Assembly: GCA_028534125.1 (NCBI GenBank)
Contig: CM052824.1
Span: forward strand, 59,830,001-59,894,000
Direction of reading: 5' to 3'
DNA: 64,000 nt
Origin: Lama glama
Lineage: Eukaryota
Shown: piece after piece, positions 47,149 through 59,424 of the stretch
Position numbering within the stretch: position 1 is the stretch's first letter
Layout: the number at the start of each line of letters is the position of its first letter
The notes under the pieces: model-generated
What the model was told of the DNA's origin: nothing
What the model saw: only the letters and a program-made list of their open reading frames with translations
The model's database searches: none
Translations under genes and position numbers: made by a program

Positions 47149-50012
47149 TGTGTGCGCGGGCAGCAGGGCGTCAGCATGGGAGATAACGTTCATCCAGGGG
47201 GCGTGCACACCGAGCCTGCCCTTCCTGTTTCTTTGGGAACGCGGGACCCTTCTGCCAGCTCTGCCAGCGGCTGTGCGCGATCTCGGAGCAGCGGGGATGC
47301 TGAGCGCAGAAACGGGACTGGGAGAGGAGCTTGGTCACAGACCTGGCGCTCCCTCTCCAACCTCCGCGGGCCGGCAGGGGCCGGGGGGGTGGGCAGCCAT
47401 GCATTCAGTTTGGTCACAGAGTCCTGAATCTGGCCCTCTCCTGGTTCTAATCTAAATAAATGGCCCAGGGAAATGCATTTGAAATTTAGGGGAGCTGTGA
47501 GCCCAGGGCTGCGAGGGAGCAGGGTTCTCTAAGCAGCTGGGATTTGCGTTGTAAATAAGCTGACAAGTGGCTAGTGAAATTTATGGCTGTGCTGTGTAAA
47601 ACCACACACCACCGCGCTCCGACGGGAATGAGAGAGCACAGACTGGCCGGCCCGGGGACCTTGCCGTGACCGCGTCTCCGCCATCCTGGGGAAGCCAGAC
47701 AGGGTGTGGGGAAGGTGACACGGCCCCGGGTGGGCGGCAGCGTCCTCCCGGGACCCAGTGGGGCCATACCTGCCATCACAGGGAGAAGCCTTTTGGGAAC
47801 TGTGAAAGCCGGGAAGGGGAGAAAGAAGAGACTGTGGAACCCAGCCCCGATCGTAAAACCAACAAAGGATGGACACGTACGTGCCACCCGTCGCCCCGAC
47901 GGCCATGGTGATGGGAGCTTGCTGGGGTGCTATGGCGTAACTCAGGCAGCAGGACGGGAGCCCGAAAGGGAATGAACGGCAGGTGGGGAGGCAGCATCCT
48001 TAAGCCAGAACCCCAGGTCCCACCAGGAGCCCACGGCCAGCCCACGGACACCCGCGTCCAGAGTGTGGCTCAAGGTCCCCTGGCAGCAGCCTGCAGGGAC
48101 CTCTGAGCCCGGCTGCCAGGACAGGTGAAGGAAGCAGCCTGCCTCGCTCCCAGGCCAATGTCTGAATTTCTCCACCCGCGTCTCAACAGGCTCTACGTGC
48201 TGGAGCTTGAAGAGATGGTTCCCAGTCCACGCGAAGATCTGTGAGCCGGGAGAAGCCGTCAGCAGGCGGCCGTGGGCCCGGCGGCCGGAGGTTTGATCTC
48301 CCCTCTAGGAAGCACCCCAGTCGCAGTAAAGGGTCTTTCTTTCCCCACGTCAGGGCTTTGAGACACACCCTGAGGGACTGTAGATGATCCCGGGCCAGGA
48401 CTCAAAAGGAAGCACGTTCCAGTGTCCAAGCACCCAGGACAGCGCGCGAAGAGCCCTGCTCCCTCCCGCCTGTGAGGGCCCCACACAGCCCGGCCCCTCA
48501 GGGCGCACACGCAGCGCACACGCGTGGGCGCCGGGCAAGCAGTTTTAATCAGCGTCTCCTGGGGGGCCTGGCCTGAGCCGGCACCGGGTTCTGTGGACCC
48601 AAGGGCACATTTTCCTCCTCCAGCTCAGGCCCCTCTGACTCCCAGAGCGAGCCCGGGAGCCCGGTGACGTCACCAGCAGCCACCACCCAACCCCGCATGG
48701 CAGGGCTGCCTCGAGCCAGATCAAGGCAGGATTCGCAACGCAAACTTTCAGAGTAATGGTCACGCAAGTCGACTCTCACGAGATTGGAAAAAGTACAAGA
48801 AATAGATGATAATTAAATCCTGTAAACGCGGCCCTGACCCCTCCCCGTCCCCCCCAGGGGGCTCTCACACACGACACTGTCCAGAAGTCAGCTCTCCTTA
48901 CAGAAACACTCACGGCTCATTTTCGGGGAGGGAACTGGGCCACACCAGCCTTGGTTAAGTTGTAAGCCACTTTTTGAGGGGAAGGGCGGGGGCTGTGTGT
49001 CGGGGACGGGCTGAGGGCACTGAACATAGAACAGGCAAGTGACGTGTATCCAGCCAGGACAGAACACAGCTCGTGATGGTCGGGGGGTGGGGCACGGGGA
49101 CATGACACCTGCAGGGGTCCCACGTGGCTGCCCTTCCCAGGGAAGGGGACACTCCCAGTCTCTGGGGTCAGTGGGTGACTCTGAGCTCTGTGTGGCTGGA
49201 GTACAAGGATCTTTTGCTGCCAATGTGAAACCACGCCAAACCCCTGCCTCCCACGCTGCTGCCCACCAGACACACCCCAGGATGCTATCTCGGCCTCGGA
49301 ACCAGCATTTCCCCACGTGCTTCTCGGTCACCACCTCTTGGGACTCCCAGCCCTACTGGGCGGTGCCCTCAACTCCTGCCCCACAAGGGCCTCAGAGACC
49401 GAGGTGGAGGGCCGCGGCGTCATGTGTGCTGGGATCCTGGGTGAGTCAGGGGCGTCTCTGAGCCTCAGGCTCCGAGTCACTAAGACAGTGACGCCATCAC
49501 TAGTTGTGAACACGAAATGCAGTGGCTCTCAGTCCCCCATCTCTGGCTGCATCTCTGCAGGAGGGAGCCCAGGCACCGAAGAGTGAGGTGCGGGCAGACC
49601 CCGCTTCTGTCCAGAGCAGTCGGGGGACATGGGCGAGTCCCTCGGGACACCCACGTTCACACACAGCCCCTTTCCTCCGGGACTGGCCCACCCTCATATT
49701 TTTGCCTGATGTGCCGGCCCTGGTCCCTGCCCTGGGTTAGGTCAGTGATGGCTGTGGTTGGGCTGGGTGCGGGTGACGCTGATCACCCCCTGGCCTGGCT
49801 TCCGCTCCCCTTGCCCTGAACCCCCTGCTCTGGTCAATGCCCCCGCGGCAGGTGGGAGGGTCCCCTGGGTCAGCCTCATCTTTGCAGAATCCCAGGGCAC
49901 AGAATGGCTCTGGGGCCAGGAGGGAGGGACCCAGGACACGGCCCGAGCTCGCTGTCTCCCACCCGCCGCCCTTCCCGCGGAGGCGGAGGATTGGCCTGGA
50001 GCCGGCTCCCAC

Positions 50013-50090
50013 CTGTACGGCTGCTCCCCCGTGTGCGTCCTCAGGTGCCTTGTGAGGTTCGCTGAGCGGGGGAAGATCTTGCCACAGTAC
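50013..50090 (-). CDS. PRDM16: PRDM16 exon 12 (ZF8)
   Basis: [25 protein letters not shown]; donor AG|gtggga; 78 nt. Confidence 0.97.
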
Positions 50091-50699
50091 CTGCGGTGGG
50101 GGGGAGGGGTGCCATTAGACAGGAGTGCCGCCAGAGACTCAGGCATCAGGTGCTTCCCAGTACCGCTCCTCCAGCTGGGGACCGGGGCCCGAGTTCCTGT
50201 CCCTGGGGGGTAGGTGGCCCGGCTGCACATCCTGGATTTCAGTCTCTCCTCAGTCCCGGGGCCCAGCGGAGGCTCACAGGGAAGCCCGGCACGCACTACT
50301 GGGCAGACAGGACTGTGGCCAGTCCTGACCCGTCCCAGGGCTGTGCCCCCGCCCCACGGAGTGTCTCAGCCCGGAGCCCAGCCTTGGCCGAGCCGGCAAG
50401 GACCGGCTCACACAGGCCTGCGCAGCAGGGGACGGACAGGTCTTCCCACCCGCCCCCAGAGCTCTGGTCACACACTGCCCGGCACCCCGCAGCCTCCGGC
50501 GGCCCGAGTTCCACCTGGCCGGCCAAGGCTGCCTTCTCTCGCCCTCACAGGAGCTCAGCTTGGTGGGGGGCACATGTATATCTCCGGGCGTGACCTCGGG
50601 GGACAGCGGGCCATTTGCTGCTGGCACGCTGCGCCCTCTGGCTGGGACCGCAGTGCAGGGCCACCAGCCAGCGTGGCCGCCCCCGGCCTCGGGCCTCAC

Positions 50700-50869
50700 C
50701 TGCACGTGTACCGCTCCTTGCCCTTCCTGAGGATGGGGTCCGAGAGCGTCGGGGGTGGGGACCGGAAGTTGAAGGGGTGGTGGGAGAGGGGCTGCAGGGA
50801 GCTGCCGGAGTCCGCCTTCATGGCTGCGAAGCTCTCCAGCTTCTCCGTCATGGTCTCGATGGCAGACAT
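50700..50869 (-). CDS. PRDM16: PRDM16 exon 11
   Basis: MSAIETMTEKLESFAAMKADSG...LRKGKERYTC; donor AG|gtgagg; 170 nt. Confidence 0.97.
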
Positions 50870-53582
50870 CTGTCGGTGTGAGAGCGGGAGAGGCTGTGGG
50901 ACTCTCCGCGAGCTGCCGCCTCTCCTGACGCGTGTGGACCCACGCACGGGCATCTGAGGCCCTGGACGACCGCCCGGGAGGTCATCGGAAGCAGTCTCCT
51001 GGCCGCCTCTCGGCCTCTGAGCGGGCCCTCCCCTTCTGCGGCCAGCCCCGCGCCTGTCCCTCCCAGAGCCCCGTCGCAGTCAGGTCTGGGCGGGGGGCTG
51101 CCCCTGGCCTCCACTGGACAGCCTCCCCGCTGGTGAGACACGGGAGACCGCACAGCCCCTTACTGCGAAGGCGCTGCTGGCTGGGCCTCTGGCCAGCACT
51201 GCTGGATGGCTAGTTTGGGTTAAAGACAGAATTTTACCTTTTTTTTAGTTGTGAAATGTCAAAAAGTTCCTGACTCTCAGGGTGGGACTTGGCTCAGGCG
51301 CCTGAGGCACCACCACCACCACCTGGTGGCAGCAGGCCGTCATTGCAGGCAAAGTGCCGAAAAGGAGTCCAACAGCCTCAGACTAGACCCCATTACCTGA
51401 GCCTGGGAGCGATGGAGCCAAGGTGACCCAGCACACGGCCACGTGGACAAAGGGGCCGCCTCTCTGCTCCTGGAGAGGCCAAGGGCTCGTCTAGGGAGGG
51501 GAAGGAGCTGCTCTCTCGGGGCATCGGTCACCTCCACCCGGTGGGCACGGTTCTGATGGGAACCCCAGGCTGCGCCTGCCCCAGGGGCCTTGGGGCTTGC
51601 GGACGGCAGAGGGGACGGGGCAGCACGGGCCTCAGCTGCACTTCTCTGCCCGAGAGAGCCCTCGGCAAGCTGGGCCCCGGCGCAGGCTGGGGTGGGGCCA
51701 GAAAAGGAAGAGCTGTCATTGTGCCCAGGGTCCCTCAGGGTTTAGGCTGGCAAATAACTGGCTACAATAAAATGCCAGAAAGGGGTTAGGGAACAGAAAG
51801 TGGGGTCTTTCCCTTGACCCCGGGCAGCTGCCTGGGCGCTGGTCAGCTCCACCCGGCGGCAGGGGTCGGGGCTCGCCACCCCCGGGGCGGGCATGCTCCC
51901 CCATCAGATGCTTCCAGCTGGGGTGGCCCTCCCCGTGCCCACAGAAGACAGGCAGAAACTGCCCTGCCCCTCAGCCACCGTCCAGCCTTCCACTGGCCCC
52001 TCCACGGCCCAGGGACCTGCGCACACTCTGCCCGCCTGCCTTTGGGGCTCAGTTTTAGCCACAGCCTTAGGAGGCTCTGGGACTCGCCACCACCACAGAC
52101 TCCCCAGGGCCCCGGGGAGGTTAAGCGCAGTGACTCAGCAGGACCGCCTCACCCTGCACCCCAGGGGCTGCACACCTGCATGTCAGACCTCGGAATGGAA
52201 GGCCCTGTCATGTCCTACCAGGCAGCTGACCAGCACGGACTGACGTCTAGGCACAGTGGTGACCCTCAGACTTTGTAAGAGTCCGCAAGTTCTCCTGTCC
52301 GAGTGATGGACTGACCTCAGATCATTTAACCAGGTGACTTAGTAGTCCTCTGTCCAGCCCCCAACCCTGGCTCTGGGCCCACGGGCAGGCAGCGGGGGTG
52401 GCAGGGCTGGGGGAGTGGGCAGCAGGGACAATGGGCAGCCGGTCCCCTGCCAGGCCGGTCGTCCTCAGGCCTGGGTGGGCCCGGCCTGCCCAGCCTGATC
52501 AGATACTCCCGGCTGAGCTCCGGCACAAACACAAACACAGGATGTGCCTGGCTGGCTTGCCGGTTTTTTCCAGCCGGTCCCGAGGAAATCAGGGGAAGTT
52601 CTTAACCAAACTGCGAGGCCCCAGCAAGACAATGGGAGGTACTAAGTTTAGCTGTGAGCCCAGGCAGGGTGCAGGTCCCACAAACGGGGGGTGTGTCCCA
52701 GGCGGGAAACACAGAGCAGAACAAGGCGTGGGTCTGGAGTCTGGGCCCAGGCCGGTCCCGCCACGCAGTCCCCGGATCCCCGGCAGGGCCAGGGCAGGCC
52801 CGGGGCTCCGGGGACGGGGCTGGGCCCCGAGCAGTGAGGAAGGGTGGGCGTCGGGGTGGGGAAGCGGGGAGACTCGTGGCTCTGCCGCTCAGCCCCACAC
52901 TGCAGCCTCTCTGCGCCCACCCCTGGGGGGATGAGCTGGGGTGGGTGCAGGAGGGCACAGGAGTGCTGGCTGGCTTGGTGGGGTCTGCGGCCACTGCCCA
53001 GACTTGGGGCTGTCTTTCCCAGACCCCTGACTCTGGTCTTAACAGGCGGCCTCGCCGCTGTCCGCAGCCCTGGGGAGGGCGGTCCTCCTGCCCAGCACCC
53101 CCGGGACCCCTGCTCTTGGCGCCAGTCCCTCTGCTTCCGCCCTGGCCCCCCTCTGTCCCCGCCGTGTGCGGGCCCTGTCTCCCTGGTCTTTTCCCTCAAG
53201 TGCCCCCAGGTCCCTGCACCAGAAAGGCCCGCCTGCTCTCTCCCCCCCGGGCTCTCTCCTGGACCTATCCTCCTTACATTAAAAACTCTTGGGTTCGCTG
53301 CATCCAAGCTGCTGCCCGCCCGCCGCCCCAAGGAGGTTCACCGGCTTCCAGACCAGAGTCATGGGTCGGTGGGCGCCCCTGTGCAGTGGGGGCCTGGGCT
53401 GTCTCTGAGGGACCGGCAGGGCCGTCTCCTCTGAGAACCACCCTCCCCCCTCACCTGTCCCGGCCCTTCTCATCCTCTCCGGCCTCACAGTGACCCGTGG
53501 GTCTGCAGGGACGGGAAGCGGAGGCCTGCCTGGGGTGTGTGGCTTGGCCTGAATGGACCTCGGGGCCCTGCCGGGGCCTTAC

Positions 53583-53670
53583 CTGGGGGTGGAGGAGCAG
53601 TGGGGACGGCCGCAGGTACTTGTCCTTAAGGGCGCCCACCGGGTCGGTCACCTTCCGCTTCTCCACCCTG
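53583..53670 (-). CDS. PRDM16: PRDM16 exon 10 (NAGNAG acceptor; alternative start 53667)
   Basis: [29 protein letters not shown]; donor CAG|gtaagg; 88 or 85 nt. Confidence 0.95.
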
Positions 53671-56600
53671 CTGGACAGCAACACAGAGGGTTACGTACCC
53701 CACCGAGTGGCCTAGCTTCCACAGCTCCATCACCACGTCTCACCTGGCGGCCGTGGGGAAGTGCGCGACCCGGCCACGCACTCGCCTGCCCGAGCCTCCC
53801 AGCCCAAGCACGCGCTCCCCATCACCACGCCCAGGTCGGGACCCCTTCGAGTCTCCCCGGCGTCTGCCCCAGCCTCCCAGCTGCCGGCACCCACACGCGT
53901 GATGAATGCTTGATGCCGGAGCCAGGACTCTTCCCTGAGGGCTGGTGTGCACTAGCCAACTGGCCCAGTGGCCCCGTGGGGTCCAGGGCTTCCAGAAGCA
54001 GCACGTGGAGCACATGGGAGGCTGCTGCCTACATGCCACTTCCCTGTCCCTCCCAGCCCTGGCAGGGTGCTCTGCTCAACCTCCACCAGTAGGTCCCTAT
54101 CCTGGGGAATTCGCAGGGCCTCCCTTGGCAGCCAGGCGGGGTCTACCTAGAATCTCACGAAGCCTGGGGATGACAATTCGAGAACGTTCCCCAAATGCCA
54201 GGACAGTTCCGTCGATCACGACAAGCAGAGGAGGTGGCCGGCACGCGTCCTGTGGTCCCTCCTCTCCTCCAACCCCTCCCCTCACCGTTTCCTCAGCCTC
54301 ACTCAGGGAGGTCGAGGTTTACACAGTGCAATCTGGGGACACCTGCCACCCCACCACAGGCAGCTGTAGCCGCGCTGAACCTGCTGCCTCCTTTGCACCA
54401 CGGCCCTGATCCCAGGGGACCAGCTGGGGGCACCGACCAGAGCTGCAAGGAGGGGAGACAGCACGGCCACCCGGGAATCCCAAGGGCGGGATCTCCCCAC
54501 AGGGCACAGGTGGCCACAGGGGACCCCAGGCAGGTCCAGGGCAGGAGACAGGAGTGTGTGGGGTGAAGTGTCCCGCGGAGAGAGGACAAGCCCTGGGGAG
54601 AGGTGGTCTCATGGGGGAAGGTGGCTTCAGGGCACCTTGCTTCACAGGGCTTAGCTGAGGCTCCGGTCAAAGCGGCACCGCGTGAACCTTTCGGCAAACC
54701 CCGCGGTGGGGGTGCACCGGCCGAGGAAGGGGCCTCCCGTGGGAGGGGGTCGATCACTGTTTCCTTCTGCCTTTCCCTGACCTCTGTGTCTCGCAGCAGC
54801 CTACCAGGCTGGCTCTGAACCACCAGCCCCACCGGCCCCAGTGGACACGTGCTCTGCCAGGTGCACAGCTTTTGTCACCACTGTGTCCCCAGCCCGCTGT
54901 GCAGAAGCAGCGGCACGTGGACGTGAGAGGGGCTGGTGGGTCGGGGGGGGCCCCTTGGGCAGTGCTGGGTTCCTCCAACCCCAGGGGGCAGGATTGTGGG
55001 TTACACACCCAGGGTCATCCCTTAGGGACAGCCTGTGGGGACAGTGGGGAGTTTTACTGGAGTCACCCGCCAGGACCCCCCAGGAGCTGAGGGAATCCTA
55101 GGCCGGCCCGCTCACCAGCAGTCATAGTCACTCCTACCTCCGCTTGGAGGGGAAACTTCATGACACCTGTTTGTCCTGACTGGGTTTGGGGGGCAGTGGG
55201 GAGTGAATTTGGAGCTAACCCACTCTCGGGCATTTTGCTGGCGTCTGTGTGCAAAGCTGGGGCCCGGCAGCCCCTCCATCAGCCGCTGTACCCCAAATTC
55301 TGAGGGCAGGAGCCTGGCACCTGCTGGGTCTAAGAGGGGCTCCAGGAGGGGGCTCGGGGACCTGAGGCTGGTTCCTGCCTCCAGGCCTGACTCTCTGCTC
55401 TGCCAGCGTCCAGGAGAAGGCCCTAAAGCAGGCCTGGAGAGAGGAGGTGGGGAAGGCAGAGGAGGGTCAGGGGCCAAAGAAGACCTCGGGCGGGGTGGAC
55501 GAGGAGGCCGGGAGAGCAGGGGCTGGGGGAGGCCAGGGACTGAGCGGGGAACTCAGCTGAGAGCCTTTCGCAGGCCTGCCGGCTCCAGCTCTGGGGGCCT
55601 GACCAGCAGGTCCCATGCCTAGGTCTCCAATCCCACCCCACCCCTGCACGAGAGTGTGCGTGCCATGGGGTGCCTCCTCCCTCCGGCCCCAGGGTCTCCT
55701 GGCCTTGCCTGGGTCCTAGAAAGTCACCCTCCGCTGAGCCTCTAGTCCACTGTCTCAGACCACCTGTGGATGGCGCATTCTTAAAGAAACACCCACAGGA
55801 GGCACTGTCATGTGTCCAGGGATGCAGGAAACAGGACTGGCTGCAGACAGCCGGCTGGGGCCCCAGGCGGGCGTGCAGGGCGGAACCCGAGTGGGCGCCG
55901 GCCGGCAGAGCGGGCGGCTGGCCTGTCTCCCCGCTGGCGGCTCTGTCGCGCTCTGACACAACTTCCTCTCATGAGTGCCTTCAGCAGAGGTGACCGCACC
56001 TGCACGCCCGTCCCCAGGCCCTGCCTGGCCCCTGGGAACAGCAGGCACATGAGCCCTCAGGGCGGAACACCACTGTGTACTTGCACATGTGTGTGCCCAC
56101 GGGGCTCTGCTCACACACAGCCCTGGGCCCATGTCAACTGCAACTGTCTGTGCCACGTGGCTGCCTGCACCGTGCACGGCCCACGTGCACAGCCCCCTCC
56201 TCAGGGCTCAGCCTGCCCAGCACCCCTGCGGCACGTGTGGTGGTGGGGGGTCAGAGTACTCTCACCTAACAGACCCACTTGATCAGAGCCTGCCCGGAAA
56301 CTGGGGCGGGGGGTGGTCCTCTGGCCCCTCACCAGGAGGGCTGTCAGAGATATCGGGCACTGATTCTTTTTGCAAACCCTCCGAAGCTTCCCCCTTCCTT
56401 CCACCCCTTCTCCCTCTGGGGACAAGCGGCTCTTCTGATCTCTTGTGGGCCCCCAGAAGCCCTGGCTGTGGCTCGAGGGAGGGGTGGGGGCCACAGAGCA
56501 GCCATGGGAGAGTAGAGATGCAGGAACAGAGGAGAGAGGCAGGATGGGAGGGTTGTGGGAGGCAGAATCGGTCCAGAGAAGACAGCAGAGACAACAGCAG

Positions 56601-56922
56601 GAGAGCCCCAGGGCTGGTGTCTGAGGGTGGGCTCGGGGGGAGGGGGCTCGAGAGAAGTGGGGCATCCCAGTGACCGTCAGCGAGAGGGAGCCATGTGTGC
56701 CCAGGAGACCCGGCCCCGGCCTCCCGAACGGGGCAGCCAGGTGCCCCCCAGGAAGGGCCAGCCTGGATGCAGACCCCCACGGGGCAGAGACTGGGGCGCC
56801 TTCTGAAGCCACAAAGGCAGAAGCAGGCAGCTCAGGGGAGCAGGTGAGGGCGTCCCCTCCGGCCGCTGCCCTGGCTGGCTGCCCACCTGGGGGGAGCAGG
56901 TGAGGGCAGGGCATGTTAATAC

Positions 56923-58336
56923 CTGTAGATGGGGTCCATGAAAAAGGGTGACGGCTTGGCGTAGTGCAGGGCGGGCTGCTGGGGCAGCTGCGCTGGGCAG
57001 GCCTTGGGCAGCCCCTCGCCGGCCCCCAGCCTGCGCTCCCCATAGACGTGGTTCTTGCGGGGCTCGCGGCCCCCTCCGTTCTGGCTGGCCCGTGCGCGGC
57101 TGCCGATGCTCAGGTCCAGGGGCTGCTCCTCGCCAGACGCCAGGGCCGGGGGCACCCTGGGCGCCGGCGGGACGGGCTTGGCCTCTTTCGGTCTGGTGGT
57201 GAGGTCGAAGGGGGACTCGGCGCTGGGGCCGCCCGCCTTGAGGGCATCCCGGGGAGACTTCGGCTCGGCCTTGACCAGCAGGTTGTGGGCGAGGGCGCGG
57301 TCGGTGAAGGGGCAGAGGGAGTGGGGGAAGCTGGGCAGGAACTGGAAGGGGAACACTGAGGGGTAGGGCAGAGCGCCCAGCTTCTTGTCCTGCACGCCCA
57401 GGAAGCCCGGCCCGAAGTACTTCTCCGCGATGGACGCGATGGCCTTGATGGAGTCGCCCGCGGCGCCTGACGCCGTCAGCAGCTGCTCCTCGGGCGGCGG
57501 GAAGAAGTGCTGGGAGTAGAAGACGGGCACCTCGCCCACGCCGTGCGCGCCGCCGGGGGGCGCCGCGCCGCCGCCCCCGAACTCGGGCTTGCCCTCCGCC
57601 GCCTGGCCCTTGTCCTTGGCCTTGTCGCGGTCGCTGTCCACGTCGCTGTCCAGGTCGGAGCCCGTGGTTGTGTCCAGGTCGGTCCCGGTCGTGGTGTTGA
57701 TGTCCTCGAAGTCGCTGCCGTCCGACAGGTCGCTGCCCCGCGGCTTGAGCTTCGTGGGGGCGTACGCGTCCTCCAGGCGGCTCTCCGGCTTCTCCTCGGG
57801 GCCCGCGGCCGCCGTGGTGCCCTGGCTGCTGTTGCCGACAGCGGAGACAAGCGGCAGGGCCGGGTTGCCCAGGGGGCTGGGGAGCTTGGCGTCCTGCGTG
57901 TGGTTCAGGGGGCTCTTGAGCAGTGGTGTGGGAGGTAGCAGAGGCGGCCGGGGGTACAGGGACGGAGGGAAGATGCCGGGGAAGCCCGGCGTGAGCGTGG
58001 GGAAGGCGGGGGGCGCCGCGGAGAAGGGCAGGCCCCCGGGGTGCGGCCGGGAGGGGAAGTACTCGTGGAAGCCCAGGCCGGTGTGGTTGAGGCCGGGGGG
58101 GTGCTTGGCCTTGTCCATCACGGGGCTGGGGGTCAGGGGCAGGCCTGCNNNNNNNNNNNNNNNNNNNNNNNNNNNNNNNNNNNNNNNNNNNNNNNNNNNN
58201 NNNNNNNNNNNNNNNNNNNNNNNNNNNNNNNNNNNNNNNNNNNNNNNNNNNNNNNNNNNNNNNNNNNNNNNNNNNNNNNNNNNNNNNNNNNNNNNNNNNN
58301 NNNNNNNNNNNNNNNNNNNNNNNNNNNNGACCTCAC
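56923..58336 (-). CDS. PRDM16: PRDM16 exon 9 (large exon: ZF6-7 in gap, Pro-rich region, CtBP-binding motifs)
   Basis: ttag|GT GAG GTC acceptor; PFDLT at 57198-57212 and PLDLS at 57108-57122; ends FMDPIY AG|gtatta; 1414 nt including 180 N; frame is preserved across the gap. Confidence 0.96.
58149..58328. other. Assembly gap (180 N) inside PRDM16 exon 9
   Basis: N run. Confidence 0.99.
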
Positions 58337-58429
58337 CTAAAACGCCAGCAGAAAGCAAACACAGGCACGCTATAAAATGGCCCGGGAACCTGCGGTGCCG
58401 GGGGTGGGGGCCCCGGAGGAGCCCGTGTG

Positions 58430-58636
58430 GGATGTGAGCACGTGTGTGTGTCTGAGCACATGTGCATGCGTCACTGTGTGCGTGTCTGTCTGTGTGCTCA
58501 CGTTGGTGTGAGCGCATGTTTGTACACGTGTCTATGTGTACACATGCATGTGTGTCATGCACGTGTAAATGCATGTTGTACATTCAGGTGTGTATGTCAT
58601 ACACATGTGCACAGATACATATATATGCATGTGCAC
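58430..58636. repeat. Degenerate alternating purine-pyrimidine (TG/CA/TA) tract
   Basis: About 200 bp of tgtg/catg/taca repeats. Confidence 0.85.
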
Positions 58637-59397
58637 CCCACCCTGGGACTGGCCTCTGGCGAGCAGCATGGGTGGGCAAGGGCCCCTGTGCCTTCCCTGG
58701 GGTCCCTGCGCCAGCTTGGACGCATCTTGAAGTGCCTTGACCCTTTCCGCTGGGAAACGCGGTGCTGCTGCCCCTGTGCCCTGCCCACCATGAGCGTCTC
58801 ATGGGGGCCAAGGTCTTCCGAAATCGTTCCCAGAGGTGAACAGAGTCACGGCACACAACGTGGCTGCTGCTGCACCAGCCAGCCCAGAACTCCCGCCCGA
58901 CCTCCCTACTCCTGTCAGTGACGCTATTCCAGCAGGGGTGGAGCAAACACTGACCACCATGCTTGGTCTCCCATTTTCTAAGGATTGAAATGCTCTCAGC
59001 TTCCCCCACTCCCTTCTGTCCCAGGCCCTGTGACCTGCACCCAGGACAGGGAGGCCTCAGGGTGACCAGCCCCTGGGGGGTCTTAGTTGGGGAGCCTAGA
59101 CAAGGCCACCATCTGGGGGGGCCTGACGAGAGGGGAGCGGCCACGTGGAGAGGACCAGTTCCACGTCTGAGGAAAGGAAAACCTCCCCCCAAACTGGGGT
59201 GCAGAGGCACCACCAGCCTTGGGCGGACAGACGCTGGCCTCTGCTCTGTGCAGGAGAGGGTGGTGTGGCTGGAGTGGCATCAGAGCCCAGAGGCCCGGGG
59301 GGCCGCGTCTCAGACATTTTCCCAACGGCCTGTGAGCTGCGCCAGTGAGTGGCCAGCTTTTCTTTCTCCTCTTGTTTTTCTAGCCAGCAAGTGAGGA

Positions 59398-59424
59398 ACA
59401 CACACACACACACACACACACACA
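59398..59424. repeat. (AC)n microsatellite
   Basis: About 13 AC units. Confidence 0.95.

Noticed and set aside
57476-58437. Long antisense and alternative-frame ORFs over PRDM16 exon 9
   Set aside because: Shadow ORFs caused by high GC3 codon usage and the N run
58337-58583. His-rich N-terminal extension of the 555-aa ORF (MYNMHLHVHDTH...)
   Set aside because: Translation of an intronic CA/TG repeat upstream of the exon 9 acceptor
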